Positions 16,382 through 33,104 of a stretch of DNA of 64,000 nucleotides are shown here, piece by piece. A program made the translations under genes and the position numbers. The DNA comes from Chrysomallon squamiferum. Taxonomy: Eukaryota; Animalia; Mollusca. How positions within the stretch are numbered: position 1 is the stretch's first letter; every line of letters begins with the position of its first letter. Location of the stretch: positions 13,454,001 through 13,518,000 of the forward strand of contig CM022667.1 of the NCBI GenBank assembly GCA_012295275.1, written 5' to 3'. The notes beneath the pieces are model-generated. The model had not been told where the DNA came from, searched no databases, and saw nothing but the letters and a program-made list of their open reading frames with translations.

Positions 16382-17245
16382 TAATTATTATATGAGAATA
16401 TGAGTTTCCGTGTTAAATATTTGATTAGTAAATTAATAGAGACAGATATTGATTTACGGAACAACTCTTTGTAATGTACTAATATTGTTAAACTGGTTAT
16501 TGATATATGTACATTTTTTTTTTTTAAATTCAGCTGTACAGAACTCCTGGCATATTTATTGTACGTGTTGAAGTAGTTATGATATGTGAGTGCAAATAAA
16601 TTATTTATACTTCTTTAAAATTGTTGTATCTCTAATATTATTGTCATTGTTGTTGTTTTTGTTACTGCTCTATTTGTTTTCTCCAATAAAGTTCGTTTTA
16701 CGATTAACAGTATGGAAATGTTAAGGATAAATCATGTTTTGTTCTTCTTCTTCCTAGATATTACAATATTGATTGGGTCAAGCTCACAAAACATTAAATA
16801 AGTCTCATTTTTCCCAGAGGAACAAACCTTGTCGTCCGTGAATATTAAATAATATTTAGTCACTTTGGATGATTCATTCTCAAAACGTTATTATTTCAGC
16901 ATGTCACACATGAGTTATTTTTCTGGATCTATTGATTTTTTCCTTCAAATTTTCTGTCTTCTACTAAACCTTAGCTGCAACGGAATAAATAACACGAGGT
17001 CATAAATGTTTCCTTTGCCTAATTAAATAAAAAAATTAAAAAGATTTCTGTCAGATCGAATGACATCTCGATCAATAATATAACATTTTTATGTCTAAAT
17101 CCTGAATTTTAGGGGATGTCTACATTCAAAGTAGGAACTTAAATATTTATATACGACTACTACTGCATCTGCTTTACAGAAATATTACAACTATTCTACC
17201 ATTTCAACCAATACCAAAGTGGTAATCGTAAACTACTACTACTAT

Positions 17246-17307
<62 letters not shown>

Positions 17308-17324
17308 TACCATACCTGTTACTT

Positions 17325-17485
17325 GTCTGACCTCTAAAAAGGTGGAAACAAAATTTGTTTTGGATAATGGAGAAAACGTCCTTTTTCAAAAATCAGACAA
17401 CAATGAATCCGATAACTACCTGGAAGATTGCACGATATTAATTCCAACAAGCAAAATGTGGCGTGAAAAACTATTGAGAAACTGA
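17325..17485 (+). pseudogene. D-type CTLD exon-4 fragment
   Basis: KVETKFVLDNGENVLFQKSDNNESDNYLEDCTILIPTSKMW, homologous to 10160-10290; both Trp lost, internally deleted. Confidence 0.8.
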
Positions 17486-18852
17486 CTTGATATTTGCTGA
17501 ATAAAGAAAATTAAATAAATTATTTTATTTATTTATATATTTGTTTGTTTGTTTGTTTTATCTATACATCTGTGTAGTTTTCATTATCACCAACAGCTAT
17601 CGAGTCATTTCTTGATTTTTATTTTATTTTATTTTATTTTATTTTATTTTTTATGATACGTTTACTGATTCTGATCACTGAAATATTTTTAAACAATCAA
17701 AATGACAGAAACAACAACAATAATAATATTAAGAAGAAGAAGAAGAAGAACAGCAGCAAGAAAAGCAATAATGGCTATAGTAATTATAATTAATTATATA
17801 TATATAAATGATGATTCTTTCCCAGAAGAATTAAACAAAACTGAAGGAATTTAAAAAAAAGATATCTATATAAAAATAAATAAATAAATAAATAAATAAT
17901 AAATAAATACTTGTATTAAATTTAAACAATCAGTTTAGCTATCACGTTAGCCATAATGACTATTATGATCACGACAACGACAGCGATTACAAAAGTTAAT
18001 GTAAAATAATTGCTATAAGAAAACTCACAAATGCATCTATTTTAACAGCCACACGAATCAATGAAAAAATGAGAACTGCGATATAACAGTTTTGGTATAC
18101 ACTTGACTCTACAGTCAATTTTGATCAACTGCTCCTACTACTATATTATTAGAACACCTACTACTAACACTACTACAACAATAAAGATTCTCTTACATGA
18201 ACTACCACTATTAGTATTACTACTACTGAAACTACTACAACTACTAAAGCAACAACAACTACTACTACTATTACTACTACTAATACTATTACTACTAAAA
18301 TTACTACCACTGAACTACTACAACAACAATTTCTACTGCAATTACCATTACTACGACTGTTACTACTAGTAGTATTCTTCTTATTCTATAACTAGTGCAG
18401 TTACAACGTCTACTACAGCAATACCAACAAAATCAACTACTACTACAGCCATCATAACCACTACTACTACTAAAAATACTACCGGTATCAAAGAATCATA
18501 ACCAGAATTACAACTTTTACAGTGAATTTGGTTAATGAAGATAAATTATTGTTCAATTAATGGACTCAAGAAATCACCCTACTTTTCCGACTGATGACAC
18601 ACTTATGTGTTAAACTTTAACCGCTTTAAGCAGTAACTTCAATAAAAATATCTTCTACCAGTTTCTATGGCTCTTTCATTTGTCTAAAATTGATAGCAGC
18701 TTAATTTTAGATGGGATCACCAAGAACTACAATAACAAAAACAACTAGTATTTCTACTATTATTATTACTACTATAACTATTACTAGTACTATAAAGCTT
18801 CTAGTACAAATACTACTACTACTATGACTACTACTACTACTACTACTACTAC

Positions 18853-18884
<32 letters not shown>

Positions 18885-19069
18885 ATCATCATCATCATCT
18901 TTATTATTTTATTACTACTGGTGTTGTAGAACGTCTACTACAGCAAAGCCAACAAAATCAACTACTACTACGACCATCGTAACCAGTACTACTTATACAA
19001 ATACTATAGCTATCAAACAGTCATAACAAACTACTATTTTTACAGTAAATATGGTTAATGAAGATAAAT

Positions 19070-20074
19070 TCTGTTGTCAGCTGTCTTCGTGTGTTCTAAA
19101 ATGGCAGACAGGTATGTGTAAATAGATATACGTACACTTTTCATTTATGTTCAAACAGAATAATTGTGTGGATACATGCATCAGTCACGTGTGTGTGAGT
19201 GTGTTTGTGTGTGTATATGTCTGTATGTCTGTGTTTCTACACCTCTTGATAGACAGATATATATAGATATTTATTACATAGATATATAGATATGGCAAAC
19301 GAATGGATGAATGGATAGAAGGATAGATAGATTGTTACACTGATACATTGATTGACGTCATCAGTTGAATTATATCTTACTAAATGTCTATTTAATACAA
19401 GTAATGAAAATAGTTTTATTTTAACTGTCATTGAAGCTGCATTGAAACAAGATGGATTTGGATTGAGAAAGAAAAATATGATTATTTCACTGCACCTAAC
19501 GCTACAATTTACGAAGCCACTGACGTCAAGACCATGATGCACTGTGGCTCTGCCTGCACCAAGAATCCAGCATGTTTTTCGTTTGCCTACGACAATGGAA
19601 AATGTCGCCATTATTCTGTGTCATTTGGTACTTACGTCAATACGTCTGATACAGCAAAATGGAGACACTATTACATTCCTTCAGGTATGAGGCGAATCTG
19701 GATCTTTCCATAATCTAAATTTTATCTTCCAGTGGTAACAGTTAAACGTAATTTTCTGATTTGTGTATTTCCGTGGTTACGATCAGAATTTTTCTTTATA
19801 TACTAACAGTTTGAATGTTATGTTTGTATGATAGTATAATGAATTTCATCTGTTTATAGTAATATTTTAGAATTTTATTTTCTTATGATAAAAGTTTGAA
19901 TTTATCTTGTATTGTAGCATAATGAAATTTTACCTTTATATCACAAAACTCAGAAATTTATCTTTCTACTCTATTTATGACAAAAGTCTAATTTTGTCTT
20001 TGTAATTTCGCACAATGAAGTTTATCTTTAGATCGTAACAATCGAAATTCTATTTTTATATAGCAACACGAATA

Positions 20075-20141
<67 letters not shown>

Positions 20142-21408
20142 TTGTGTATGAGTTTGTATGTGTGTTATTGTTTCTGTTCTATGGCTGTTTCGTTTTAAAG
20201 ATGTCTGTCCAACTGAAAAGGGTTTCTTCTTTTGGGGCACACTGTGCTTGAAGTTGTTTCAAGATGGTAAAAACTTTGCTGATGCACATCATGCTTGCAA
20301 CCAACTGGAGTCGAGATTGACCGTGTTAGACACGGAACAAAAAAATAGAATTCTCTCGAGCTACCTTTCAAACATAGGTATGTCAGCTTTCTTCATTTCT
20401 CTTATTTATTTATTTATTTACTTTGTTTTGCGTAAAGTAATAAAGAAAGAAATATTTAAAAGAAACAGCTGAAAGAATGAAAGAAGCAGAACAAGAACTG
20501 CAAACAGCAAATTGGTCTATTTCTACCAGTTCTACTACCACTATGACTGTTACTACTAATAATACTAGTAGGATTACCACTTCTACGATTTCTACTTCTC
20601 CTGCTGCTACCACAGTCTCTACTAATAGTATTAGTATTAATCTCTATTAGTATTCCTGCCGTAACTACCAGTGTTATACTGCTATGTATATTGCTATTAG
20701 AGCTGCTGTATTTATTATTGATACTGTTATTACTTACTAGTTTTGCTTCTACTGTCACGAATGCTACGAGTCCTATTACTACAACAGCAATTACAAAGGC
20801 TGCTACTACCACTACTTCTGCAACTAGCACTACTACTGCCTTCACAATTAGTACTAATGTTACCGCAACTATGCTGATACAACTAATACAAATTCTACTA
20901 CTACTGCGCTGTTTCTACTATACTTTCTACTGTTACTGCTACCACTACTGCTAATGCAACTGTTACCACTACTAGTATTACTATGACTACTGCTATGATT
21001 TCTGCTGTTGTTGTTACTGGTATTGCTATCTATACTACTGCCATTATATTATTAATATTACTACTCCTACTACAACTATTATTACTGCTACTACAACTGA
21101 TATTGTTACTTCTACTATTGCCTTTACTGCTACTTGTCCTACTATTACTACTACAGCTACAATTTCTACTAACACGTGTGTTACTGTAGTTATTATTATT
21201 TATTTTACAAGGTTAAATTCAGGTTGGTTCTATATTGGCCTAACTAGGAAAGATGAGTTAATCTGGGAGAATGGTGAAAAAGCCACTTTTACAAACTGGG
21301 ATGAAAATAATAACGAACACTGCACTGTTTTTGATGCCGATATAAAAAATGGGTTGGTATTCCTTGTTATCCAGCTATGTTTTACATATGTGAATCACAT
21401 TTGTATTA
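19070..21408 (+). pseudogene. C2: PAN/Apple + C-type lectin gene lacking its start codon and with a decayed exon 4
   Basis: Exon-1 remnant ~19070-19111 has in-frame stops upstream. Exons 19437-19684 and 20201-20377 are intact. Exon 4 (~21211-21408) has an altered acceptor, loss of the EPN loop and a frameshift in the A-run near 21345. Confidence 0.82.
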
Positions 21409-21955
21409 ACTGCACCAGTGAAAATATTGTAATGCAGGTCAGTTAAATCAATAAATTAAAACACAATTCTTCTTTGTTGTATTTTTATTGTTTAGTTTGT
21501 GTTTATATTTGTCATATTCGTTTCTTTTTGTACACTTTGCTTGCAGTCTTAGTACTGAATTCTGAACAACTTCAGTTAAATGTGGTATACTGAACAATCA
21601 AAAAAAAAAAAAAAAAATCTTCTTGATGACTGAATCTGAGTGTTTAAATTTAATACAATATTTATATCAATTGTTTTTTTGTTTCTTGTTTTTTTTATTT
21701 ACTTTTTCTTTTCATCGATATCCTTTTGATAGAAACACAAATAACAAAACTTCTTTACGTTGAGATCAATAACAACATTACGTTTTAAACTGAGACAAGA
21801 AATGAATGAGCACGTTTACATGTTGTGTGTGTTTATTTCTTTCCTATTGTTCTTTATATGTTTGTTGTGTTTTTCCATGTTTTTTTTTTTTTTCTTTTTT
21901 GTTTTTCATCGATATCTTTTTGAAATTCCTTCATTTTTGTCTGTTCTGGTGACCG

Positions 21956-24366
<2,411 letters not shown>

Positions 24367-26716
24367 TTTAGCTGCTAACTTTTCTATAACTGTCAGTTCA
24401 CCTTAATATATATCACAAACTCCGTGAAACTTAGGCAAATTATCAGTATCAAATATGAGTCCTAATAACATCTAAATAAACAAAACTCTTAGAAATTTAA
24501 TTTAAATAGAACGTGGTATTATACTCAAAGAAAGGTGAAGAAGTAACGACTAAAAATGTCAATTGAAGTGCTTTATACTCCAGTAAATTTAGTTTAATTT
24601 TTGATGACTACGTTCAAGACCAGTTGATTGTAACTGATAATCAATAAATGCAAGCACGAAACAGATCCCCAGGATTGCAAATGACATCGACTAAAATAAC
24701 ATCAATACCAGGGACAACAAAAGCAACAACTGCAATAGGAAGAGCTTCTTTGGCATGATAATGATAATGTTGACTCAATACATTTTTTATATAGTATATG
24801 GTACTGTTATAACTACAGATATTTTAATAAACAACAGAGCAAGTCGTAATTATTCAAAGTTCATGCTTGAAATTTAATTTTGTATCATTCAGAGAGAGGT
24901 GTAAATGTATACAAAATCAATTAATCAATGTAAACCGATATTTGGTATGTTTGGTTTGACAGCAGTCAGTTGTGTCAAATGTGATTCTATTATTTTGTTT
25001 CATGTTTTTGTTTGTTTCTTTTTGAGGAGTTTTATTTTTAATTATTATTCTTCTGTTTTACTTCCTTTATTGTTAGTTCTTCTCTCTACACATCTTTTTT
25101 CTTGGCGTGTTTGTTGTTGTTTTTCTGTTTTCTTTCTAGTGAAAATAAAGAAATTTACTATTTTTGGTATATACTTTTATTTTTGTATAAGAAAATATAA
25201 TTTTTCCTTTAACTATGTATGATTAGTACTAGTACTATTGCTATCAGTTGTAGTAGTAGTTAGTGTTGTTCTAATTGTTGTTTGAACTGTTGTGATGATT
25301 GTTGAAGAAGAAAGATCTCATTGAAAGACTTCTGAGAACATTTCTAATAGAATTTTTATTTTGTAGCCCTTGTTTTGTTTTGTTGTTATTTATTTTTATT
25401 TAAAAAAAAAAAAATATATTTTGTTCTCGTTGTTGTTTTTGTTGCTATTATTGTTGTGACATTCTTTTCTTTTTTCCGAGGGTGTTTGTATGAGTCGATT
25501 TTATTATGTATCGATCTTTTGCGTTTTGCTAAGATTACTGTAGTGACTTTGTACTTTTACCATATGTAAATATATAAACTATGATTTCTTAATTATAATT
25601 TTTTTTTATATCCATTTGTCATGTATCTTTTGAAATTAACGATTTCAAAGTTTAATTAGACTTATTTTAATTGTGCGTAACCTTCCTTCATTAAATGTTT
25701 GATTTAATTATAAAATGATGGAAACAAGTGCTGATTATTTCCTACTTACGATCGGGTTACGTTTAATGTAATCGAAAGTAACTGACAACGTTACAAGGAA
25801 TTTACTTACGTTTATTGCTTTGTTTATATTAACATGTTTTTAGTAAAGCAGAAACACTGAACATTTTGTTTATTTAATTATTTATTTGCCATTATTTTTT
25901 AAAAGGATTTATTTCTTATTTATTACATTTTTGTTTTATTTGCTTTGTTATTGTTGTTTTTTTTATATTTTTTTTTTTTTTTTTGTGTGTTTGTTTGTAT
26001 TTATTTTCATGTTGGTTGATTCTGCTTTATTTATATTAATTTAATTTTATTTAGTTTGGCTTGTTTCTGTTATTGTTTTTGTTGTTGCATTTTTCTTTAC
26101 CTCTGACGATATATAAATGAATTTAACTCGGTAATCCAAAATTTTCTCCGATGACTGTTTAAGTAAATAAATTTTATATAATTCTTATTTACTACTAGAA
26201 GTTTAATTAGATTTATTTTAGTTCTGAGTAACTTTCCTTGATTAAATGTATTACTCAATGATAAAATGACTGAAACAAATTCAGATTATTCCCTACTAAA
26301 GACATGGTTACATTTAGACTGACAAGAAGTAACTGACTGCTTTGCATGCAGTTTAGTTAAATTTCTTGCTTTCGTTCTGTTGACATGCTTTTAGTAGAGG
26401 AGACCTATTTAAAATTTAATTAATTAATTGTTGCTTTTGAACTACAGCGATTCCTGCTCTAAATGATTCATTCATGAAATGCTATTGACAGTGAGGCGAG
26501 CAAAACATGATGAAGGAATGCATAACTCTGTTTCAGGCAACTACAATAGTTTAATCAACTTCATCTGAATATCAGGATTAACACAATAATCAGCATTATC
26601 GTCAGAATTTATAAATTACTGATTCATTAGAGATTAAAATGATAAAATCAATGAACTGATTTTGTCAGTTTCATTTGTAACAGAATCAGATATATATTTT
26701 TGACACTACAGAAAAA

Positions 26717-27889
26717 TCACATTGATTTCTCACAAATGAAATTTCCTTTTACAGTACAGTCAAAATCATGCCATGTGTTCACCCAAAAATATAACATAAC
26801 ACAGTCTTCGTTAGAAACACCGACGTTAGGTTGATTTACTCCCCAGCTGAAAAACACTGCCTGAACTCCGTTCTCCCAAACATACACGTCTTCTGTATCC
26901 AAGTCAGTCAGTCCGATGTACAAATAGTTATCTGCGTCTGAATAATAATAAAAATAATAGTAATAATAACAATACCAATAACAACAACAACAATGAAAAC
27001 AAAAACAACAACAATGAAACAATATAAAGCTAATGCATATTTTACCTAGACCACACAGATGAAGACGGTAGGTACTGATGAAGACGTTTTTTCTCTTCTT
27101 CTTTTTCTTTTTTCTTTCTTTTTAATTATTTTTTAATTAATTGTCTATCAGCAGTGGTAGTTATATGTATGTATATATTCCTACCTATGTTTGCTTTGAT
27201 GTAGTCACCAACAGCTGTGTTTTTCTCTTCTGTGTCCAGTACAATCAGTCTTGAACCTATCTGACTGCAGGCGTCACGTGCTTCAGCAAATGTTTTGTGA
27301 TCGCTGAACACTTTGAAACATAGATTCAGTTTGTCCAGATAAACAAACCCATCTTCCACTGGACAGGAACCTGCCAGGAAATGATAATAATTTCTAAAAA
27401 GTTTTTAAAATTATAATTTGTTTTCAGAATTAAGAATAATACTTATAGTAAAGTCATATATGGATTAATTTCGTGTTTAAAGAGTAGTTCTAGAAATTTC
27501 TTTTCTATCCTACAAATATATTTACAATATGTATATTTTTAAAATTATTATTACTGTCTGCGTGTGTGTTTTGATGATTTTAAGTATATATTTTTTTAAT
27601 ATTGGTCTGTATGTGCATGTGTCTGTACATTTCTACCTGCACTCAGGTAAAAGTGCGTCCAGCCAGGTGAAGCTGAAAAGCTTGCTGAATTTATAAATCT
27701 CAAATAATGCAGACGACAAATTCCATACACATTGTACGAAAACCAAACACATGAAGAGTTATCTGCGCATCGTATCCCACAATGCCCTTGTGATGTAATT
27801 CTTTCAGCAGAAGATATGAGAGCCTTGGTTATCTCAATATTTTCAAAATTAGGATTTTTTATCCATATCATTATTGTGTTGCACCTGTG

Positions 27890-27958
<69 letters not shown>

Positions 27959-28384
27959 TTATTTGAGAGCCTAGTTTATCTCAGCATTTTCAAAATTAGG
28001 ATTTTTCATCCACATTATTTTTTGTTGCACCTGTGATTCTAAGCATAGTAAGAACAATATTTTTTTTTATTTGAATCAGTTTGGTTACACTACCACCATC
28101 TACAGTAATTTGCTTCGTTTTGCCTACCTCAAGCCACCAGTTCTGTTAACAGTAAAATAAAATTAAAATAAGATGAGGAAAAGTTATTTTCTTATTGGTT
28201 TGATTTGATTTTATAACGACAGATTTCTCTTATTGCGATATCAAAGAATTATATTCGTTGTAAATTGTATCTCTATCCTCAGATACAGTTAGCTATATAT
28301 ATTAAAAACAGATAATACATACCTCTCGTTACCATGGCAACATATCACAATCGCCACCAGAAAAATAAATGGTGGGTAATGCAT
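26717..28384 (-). CDS. A2: secreted PAN/Apple + C-type lectin (QPN/WHD)
   Basis: Exons 28323-28384 (MHYPPFIFLVAIVICCHGNER), 27637-27884, 27185-27370, 26717-26937; GT-AG introns, open frame. Confidence 0.9.
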
Positions 28385-29347
28385 CACTCGCAAGTATGAA
28401 CGAATTTCAACCAAACTGTCCGGTATAATAATTCGCACTACGCAGTGTGTATCTCCCGAAAACAAAAAACAGTAATTTTTAAACTGTGACATACAATACA
28501 TTACGTGCAGAAAACTATTTTGACAAATAAGTTGTAGAAACATAAAGATATTTAGAGAAAAATTAAAATTTAATTAGGAACAAGATGTGATCTTTGTTGG
28601 TTTTCAAGTATCGACATTTCAGTAGTGTTTTGTTGACGTTTTGCTTTGTGATATAATAAATAGATTGGCTAGCTTTGAAAGAAGTGATTCATATTTTCTA
28701 ACATAACATAATCTCTCACGACACTGATACGTGGAAAACAAGTCACATGAAAAGACGCTTGTGTTTCACGTGAAATCTGCATGAAATCCACGATGATTTG
28801 CACAAATATCACACGTGCTCTTTTTGTATGTTTTATCCATTTGTTTATTGTTCACAAAACTTTGAAAATCCACGAGATTTCCACATATTGTCCGTGTGAC
28901 ATCAATATGTTTATTGTCAACAAGCATGTCAAATCCATGAGGGTCCCATGAATAACTCATTCCTTCACAAGGTACTTTGGCTCCAGATAATACCTGCCAG
29001 TGCAAGGGGCAAATGATTTTTTTTTCTGGTATGGCTGATGTGTTCAGCCATTGAAACAGGATCTGTGAAGTATTGTACTTATGAACATTTTTGTATACAC
29101 TTTATTTTCTGTGGAATCTTTGAGACATAATTAAGGCGTAAGGTACGTTTGAGATAATTAATGCTATAAATTAATTAATGAGTAAAATTCCTGAATGTTC
29201 GCAACTAATGTATACCTCTGGATCTCATAAAATATTGTGTATACAGGCTTCAAAATGAAAAAAAATGTGAAAAAATGTTTTATTTATTTATTAATTATTT
29301 TTATTTATTTATTTATTTATTTATTTAATTTAAATACGTTTTTCTAC

Positions 29348-29597
29348 TTGCACTGAGGCAAAAGTGCGGCCGGGTGAAGCTGAATAGCTGCCTCAATTTA
29401 TAAATCTCAAATAATGCAGACGACAAGTTCTATACACGTTGTACGAAAACAAACTAGAGGAAGAGTTATCTGCGCATCGTATCCCACAGTCACTCTGTGA
29501 TTTGACTGTGTCAGCAGAAGATATGAGAGCATTGGTTATCTCAACATTTTCAAAACTAGGATTTTTCATCAACACCATTGCCTTCTTGTATCTGTGA

Positions 29598-29696
<99 letters not shown>

Positions 29697-29778
29697 TAAG
29701 AAGAAGAAGAAGAAAAAGAAGAAGAAGAAGAAGAAGAAGAAGAAGAAGAAAAAAATAAACAAACTAATAATTTTCTTA

Positions 29779-29814
<36 letters not shown>

Positions 29815-30022
29815 AAGAAAATTAAAATGAAACAATGAAAAGTTAATTTCGTCTCGGCCTGATTTTATTTTATAACGATACACTTCTCTTACTGCTATAT
29901 GAAACTATTTTATCTCTATCCTCACATATAGTTAGCAATAATAAACACAGATGTACATACCTCTCATTACCATGGCAATAGATTACAAATGCTACGAACC
30001 AAATAAATGGTTAGTAATGCAT
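29348..30022 (-). pseudogene. A3: exons 1-2 only (signal peptide + PAN), disabled
   Basis: Exon 1 (29961-30022) has TAA at codon 4. Exon 2 (~29348-29591) has Cys losses, TGA at 29393 and a frameshift. No CTLD exons follow. Confidence 0.88.
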
Positions 30023-30589
30023 CTGTAGCAAATGACCGAATTTCAACCAAACTTGACCAGTATAATAATTCGTACTATTCTGTTTCTTTCTTTAGCAGGT
30101 TCGTATTGAACACTGATAATCTTTCCAATAGAAGCAAATTCGAATAAATAAGAACACAACTTCGGTCGATGTATTTGCTGTTGTGTTGAAAGAACATAAT
30201 CAAAAGCCTCAAAAAAGTAAATGTCAATTGATCTCCGACATATGATACATTTTATTTTATTTTATTTTATTTTTTTTTAACGTTTTAATTTTTAATTTTT
30301 CTTTTCTAGTACGTACAAAGAAATATTCAAAAAAATAATCAGTTTTATAATGTAAATCAATATCACTGCCTCTAATTGTTTATTTATGAAATATGTGTGT
30401 TTTCGTAATAACAGAGGTGATTAAATTAACTATAAAATCATAAATATAGAGAGAACATTAAAATTTTATTAGGAATAAATGTAACTTTCATTGTTTTTCA
30501 GTGCTGACATTTCAGTTGTGTTTGTTGATGTTTTGCTTTGTGGTATAAAAATATGTTCATTAAATTTTCAGTGTGTTTCCACTACTAAA

Positions 30590-31195
30590 AGCATGTCAGC
30601 TGATGAAACGGAGGGATACATCTACCAAAATAGTGAAACAGGCTCAATAATGTGTGTACACCAGCGTATTAATGACAGCAGTACATCGTTGTTTCATTCG
30701 AGGTTGCGTTCTATTCGAAGTTTAGAGCAATTTGTAGGTTATGCACATTAAGGACATTAGGATGGTTTTCACATACCCTACGGCCACTAGGTCCCATGCA
30801 AGCTCAGATGGGGACAAGTCAGGGGACTTTGGTGGCCAGTTCAAGCCTTGGGTGTGGTTCCGCTCAAGAAGACTAGTGGTTAGCCTAGCGGTATGTGGTC
30901 TGGCGTTGTCATGTTGAAACAGAAAGCCAGGATGCTGAATGGAATGTCTGATCCCATTGTGTTACCATTTAAAACATTGCTATAAGTGAAAGAAAGAATC
31001 GTATCAAAATACTGAGTGAATGGAGTGACTGAAACCCATTGTCTGCGTCGCAAGTGTTGGTGTATTGTGGCCTATCTCAGACGTTCCTGAACGTGACGCG
31101 TTGTCAGGGGAACAGCTACGACAGGGCGACGTGCGTGTAAACCAGCAGCATGGAGACGATTACGGAAAGTTTGAGCATGAATTCTAGTGCCTATC
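30590..31195 (-). mobile_element. Tc1-like transposon 3' fragment (copy 2)
   Basis: Minus strand: GTRIHAQTFRNRLHAAGLHARRP, then FLFQHDNARPHTA...WPPKSPDLSP; homologous to 6085-6345. Confidence 0.85.
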
Positions 31196-31989
31196 GTACT
31201 GTCGTGATGTTTGTTTCTTTGTTTCTTCATGTGTCGTTTACTGCCTTTTGGTAAGGTCATCATAGTCACTTTATATTTTGCCATATGTAAATGTATAAAC
31301 TATCGTTTGTTAATTGTAATTTTGTTCATATCCATTTGTCATATACCTTTTGTAATTAACGACTTCAAAATTGTATTAGGTTTCTTTTAATTCTGAGTAG
31401 CATTGCTTGATTAAATGTTTTATTTAATTACAAAATGATAGAAACAAGTGCTGAGTATTCCCTATTTACGACCGGGTTACGTTCAAACTGATCGGAAGTA
31501 ACTGACAACTTTCCAAGATATACTGAGTGAATCTTCACAACAACAGAATTGTTATAATTCTCCAAGGATATATTTATATATATTTTATGACTGTTGTCAT
31601 TACCATTATATTCTAACCGATAATCATTAAATGTAAGTATAAAATGAAAGATAACAATTAACATTATCTGAAATAACATCATTAAAATCAACAACAGCGT
31701 TTTAATGTATTATGTGGTACTAGTATAACTACAGATGTTTTAATAAACAACAAGAGAAGTCATTTTTGTTTTTATGTTACTTGACTTCTTACTGTTTTCC
31801 TTTCTTGTTGGTTTCTTCTAGTTTATATATTTTTAATTTAACTGTCTTAAATGGAGTTAGCGTTTGTCCTGGTGATTGTGGTGGTATTTTCTTATGTGTG
31901 AAAATATATAAATAAATCTGCCTATCTTTCCGTGATTTTGTTCGACATCATGTCCTCTCTTTGGACACTGTCATGACAGTGAATCACGT

Positions 31990-33104
31990 GAATCAATCTA
32001 TGTAAATTTGGCCTAAAAGCCAGAAACCACGTTCCCTATCACCTGAAGTCTACTAGAGCCCATAGTTTACTATGTTCTATTATAGATGGCAGTTACTCCA
32101 TCTATTGGGAATTTTGAAAAGAAGCCATTTTGATGCAATGCATTTCAGCTAGATCATACAGATGAACTTTTTCCACAGAGGGGAGGGGTAGATAACCTGG
32201 AACACTTGGTTACACTTTATACATGTAGACGGAAGATTATGCAATGACCAACGTGTGTTTTCGTCAATATGTTAGATGTAGCAGCAGTAGCATCACTCAT
32301 CATTTTTACAGTAAAATTCCAGACTACCAGATCAAGAACAGAAGCACATGTCGAAAGTTCCTGACAGAACTTGTGAATCATCTGATTCGAGACCAGACTG
32401 ATGTGAGGTCGACTGAATCTGGAGCTATCCAGAAAGGAACCAAGCATGCTCCTATTGCCTTGGGATACACTATTTTGGAAAGGGATTGGGTAAACCTTGA
32501 AGAACCACCTGAAAAAGAAAACTGTTACATGGAAATTGTTCACTACTCTTTACTAAATTAATTGTTTTTCAGACTCAGTTTTGGACATACTGCAAGCTTC
32601 ATCTCAAAATCATTTCATAGAATGAGTTATCAAATGGGCCACAGCTAGATACTTACACTTTTTATAATGAAAAATGTATACACACAGGATGCATAGGCAA
32701 TGAGAAAGTGGAAAATGGACAGGGGTCTCATTAGACCCCAAGTGCCAGATGACGAATTTTTAATGATTTTTTTGCAGTTAACACGTTGTTTGATCTGTCT
32801 TCCTTTTGTGTGATTTTGCGTACATAATCATCGCACCATGCAAAAGTTCCAGTGTTGTCAATGGAGGTAACTCCGGAAGAAGATACAATGTCATGTGACT
32901 GAGAACTTTCCATGAATCTTAGTATTTTAGTCAATAGTGCTGCTGTTCAGTTATTTGAGTTCATTTGTTAAAAAATATTATTTTCATGGGAATCATTATC
33001 AAATATATGTTCTTCACTGATAAAATGACCTGCTTTATCGTTTTTCGTATCAACGTTTGAAATGTCCTATGGGGTCTATGCAGACGTGCCGGCTTGAGGA
33101 TTAA
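31990..33104 (+). mobile_element. piggyBac-family transposon relic
   Basis: From ~32182: GGVDNLEHLVTLYTCRRKIMQ*PTCVFVNMLDVAAVASLII, then RKFLTELVNHLI after a frameshift; this matches the piggyBac catalytic C-terminal region. GGGGTCT-N4-AGACCCC palindrome at 32722-32739; possible end GAGGATTAA at ~33096-33104. Boundaries are approximate. Confidence 0.8.

Noticed and set aside
20500-21190. Thr-rich mucin-like ORFs in C2 intron 3 (also 18100-18480, 59380-59680)
   Set aside because: Degenerate (ACT)n tracts with stops; no phase-compatible splice sites found; the position would split the CTLD.
28780-28890. kappaB-like and C/EBP-like motifs upstream of A genes
   Set aside because: Short, imperfect matches whose sharing is explained by recent duplication.
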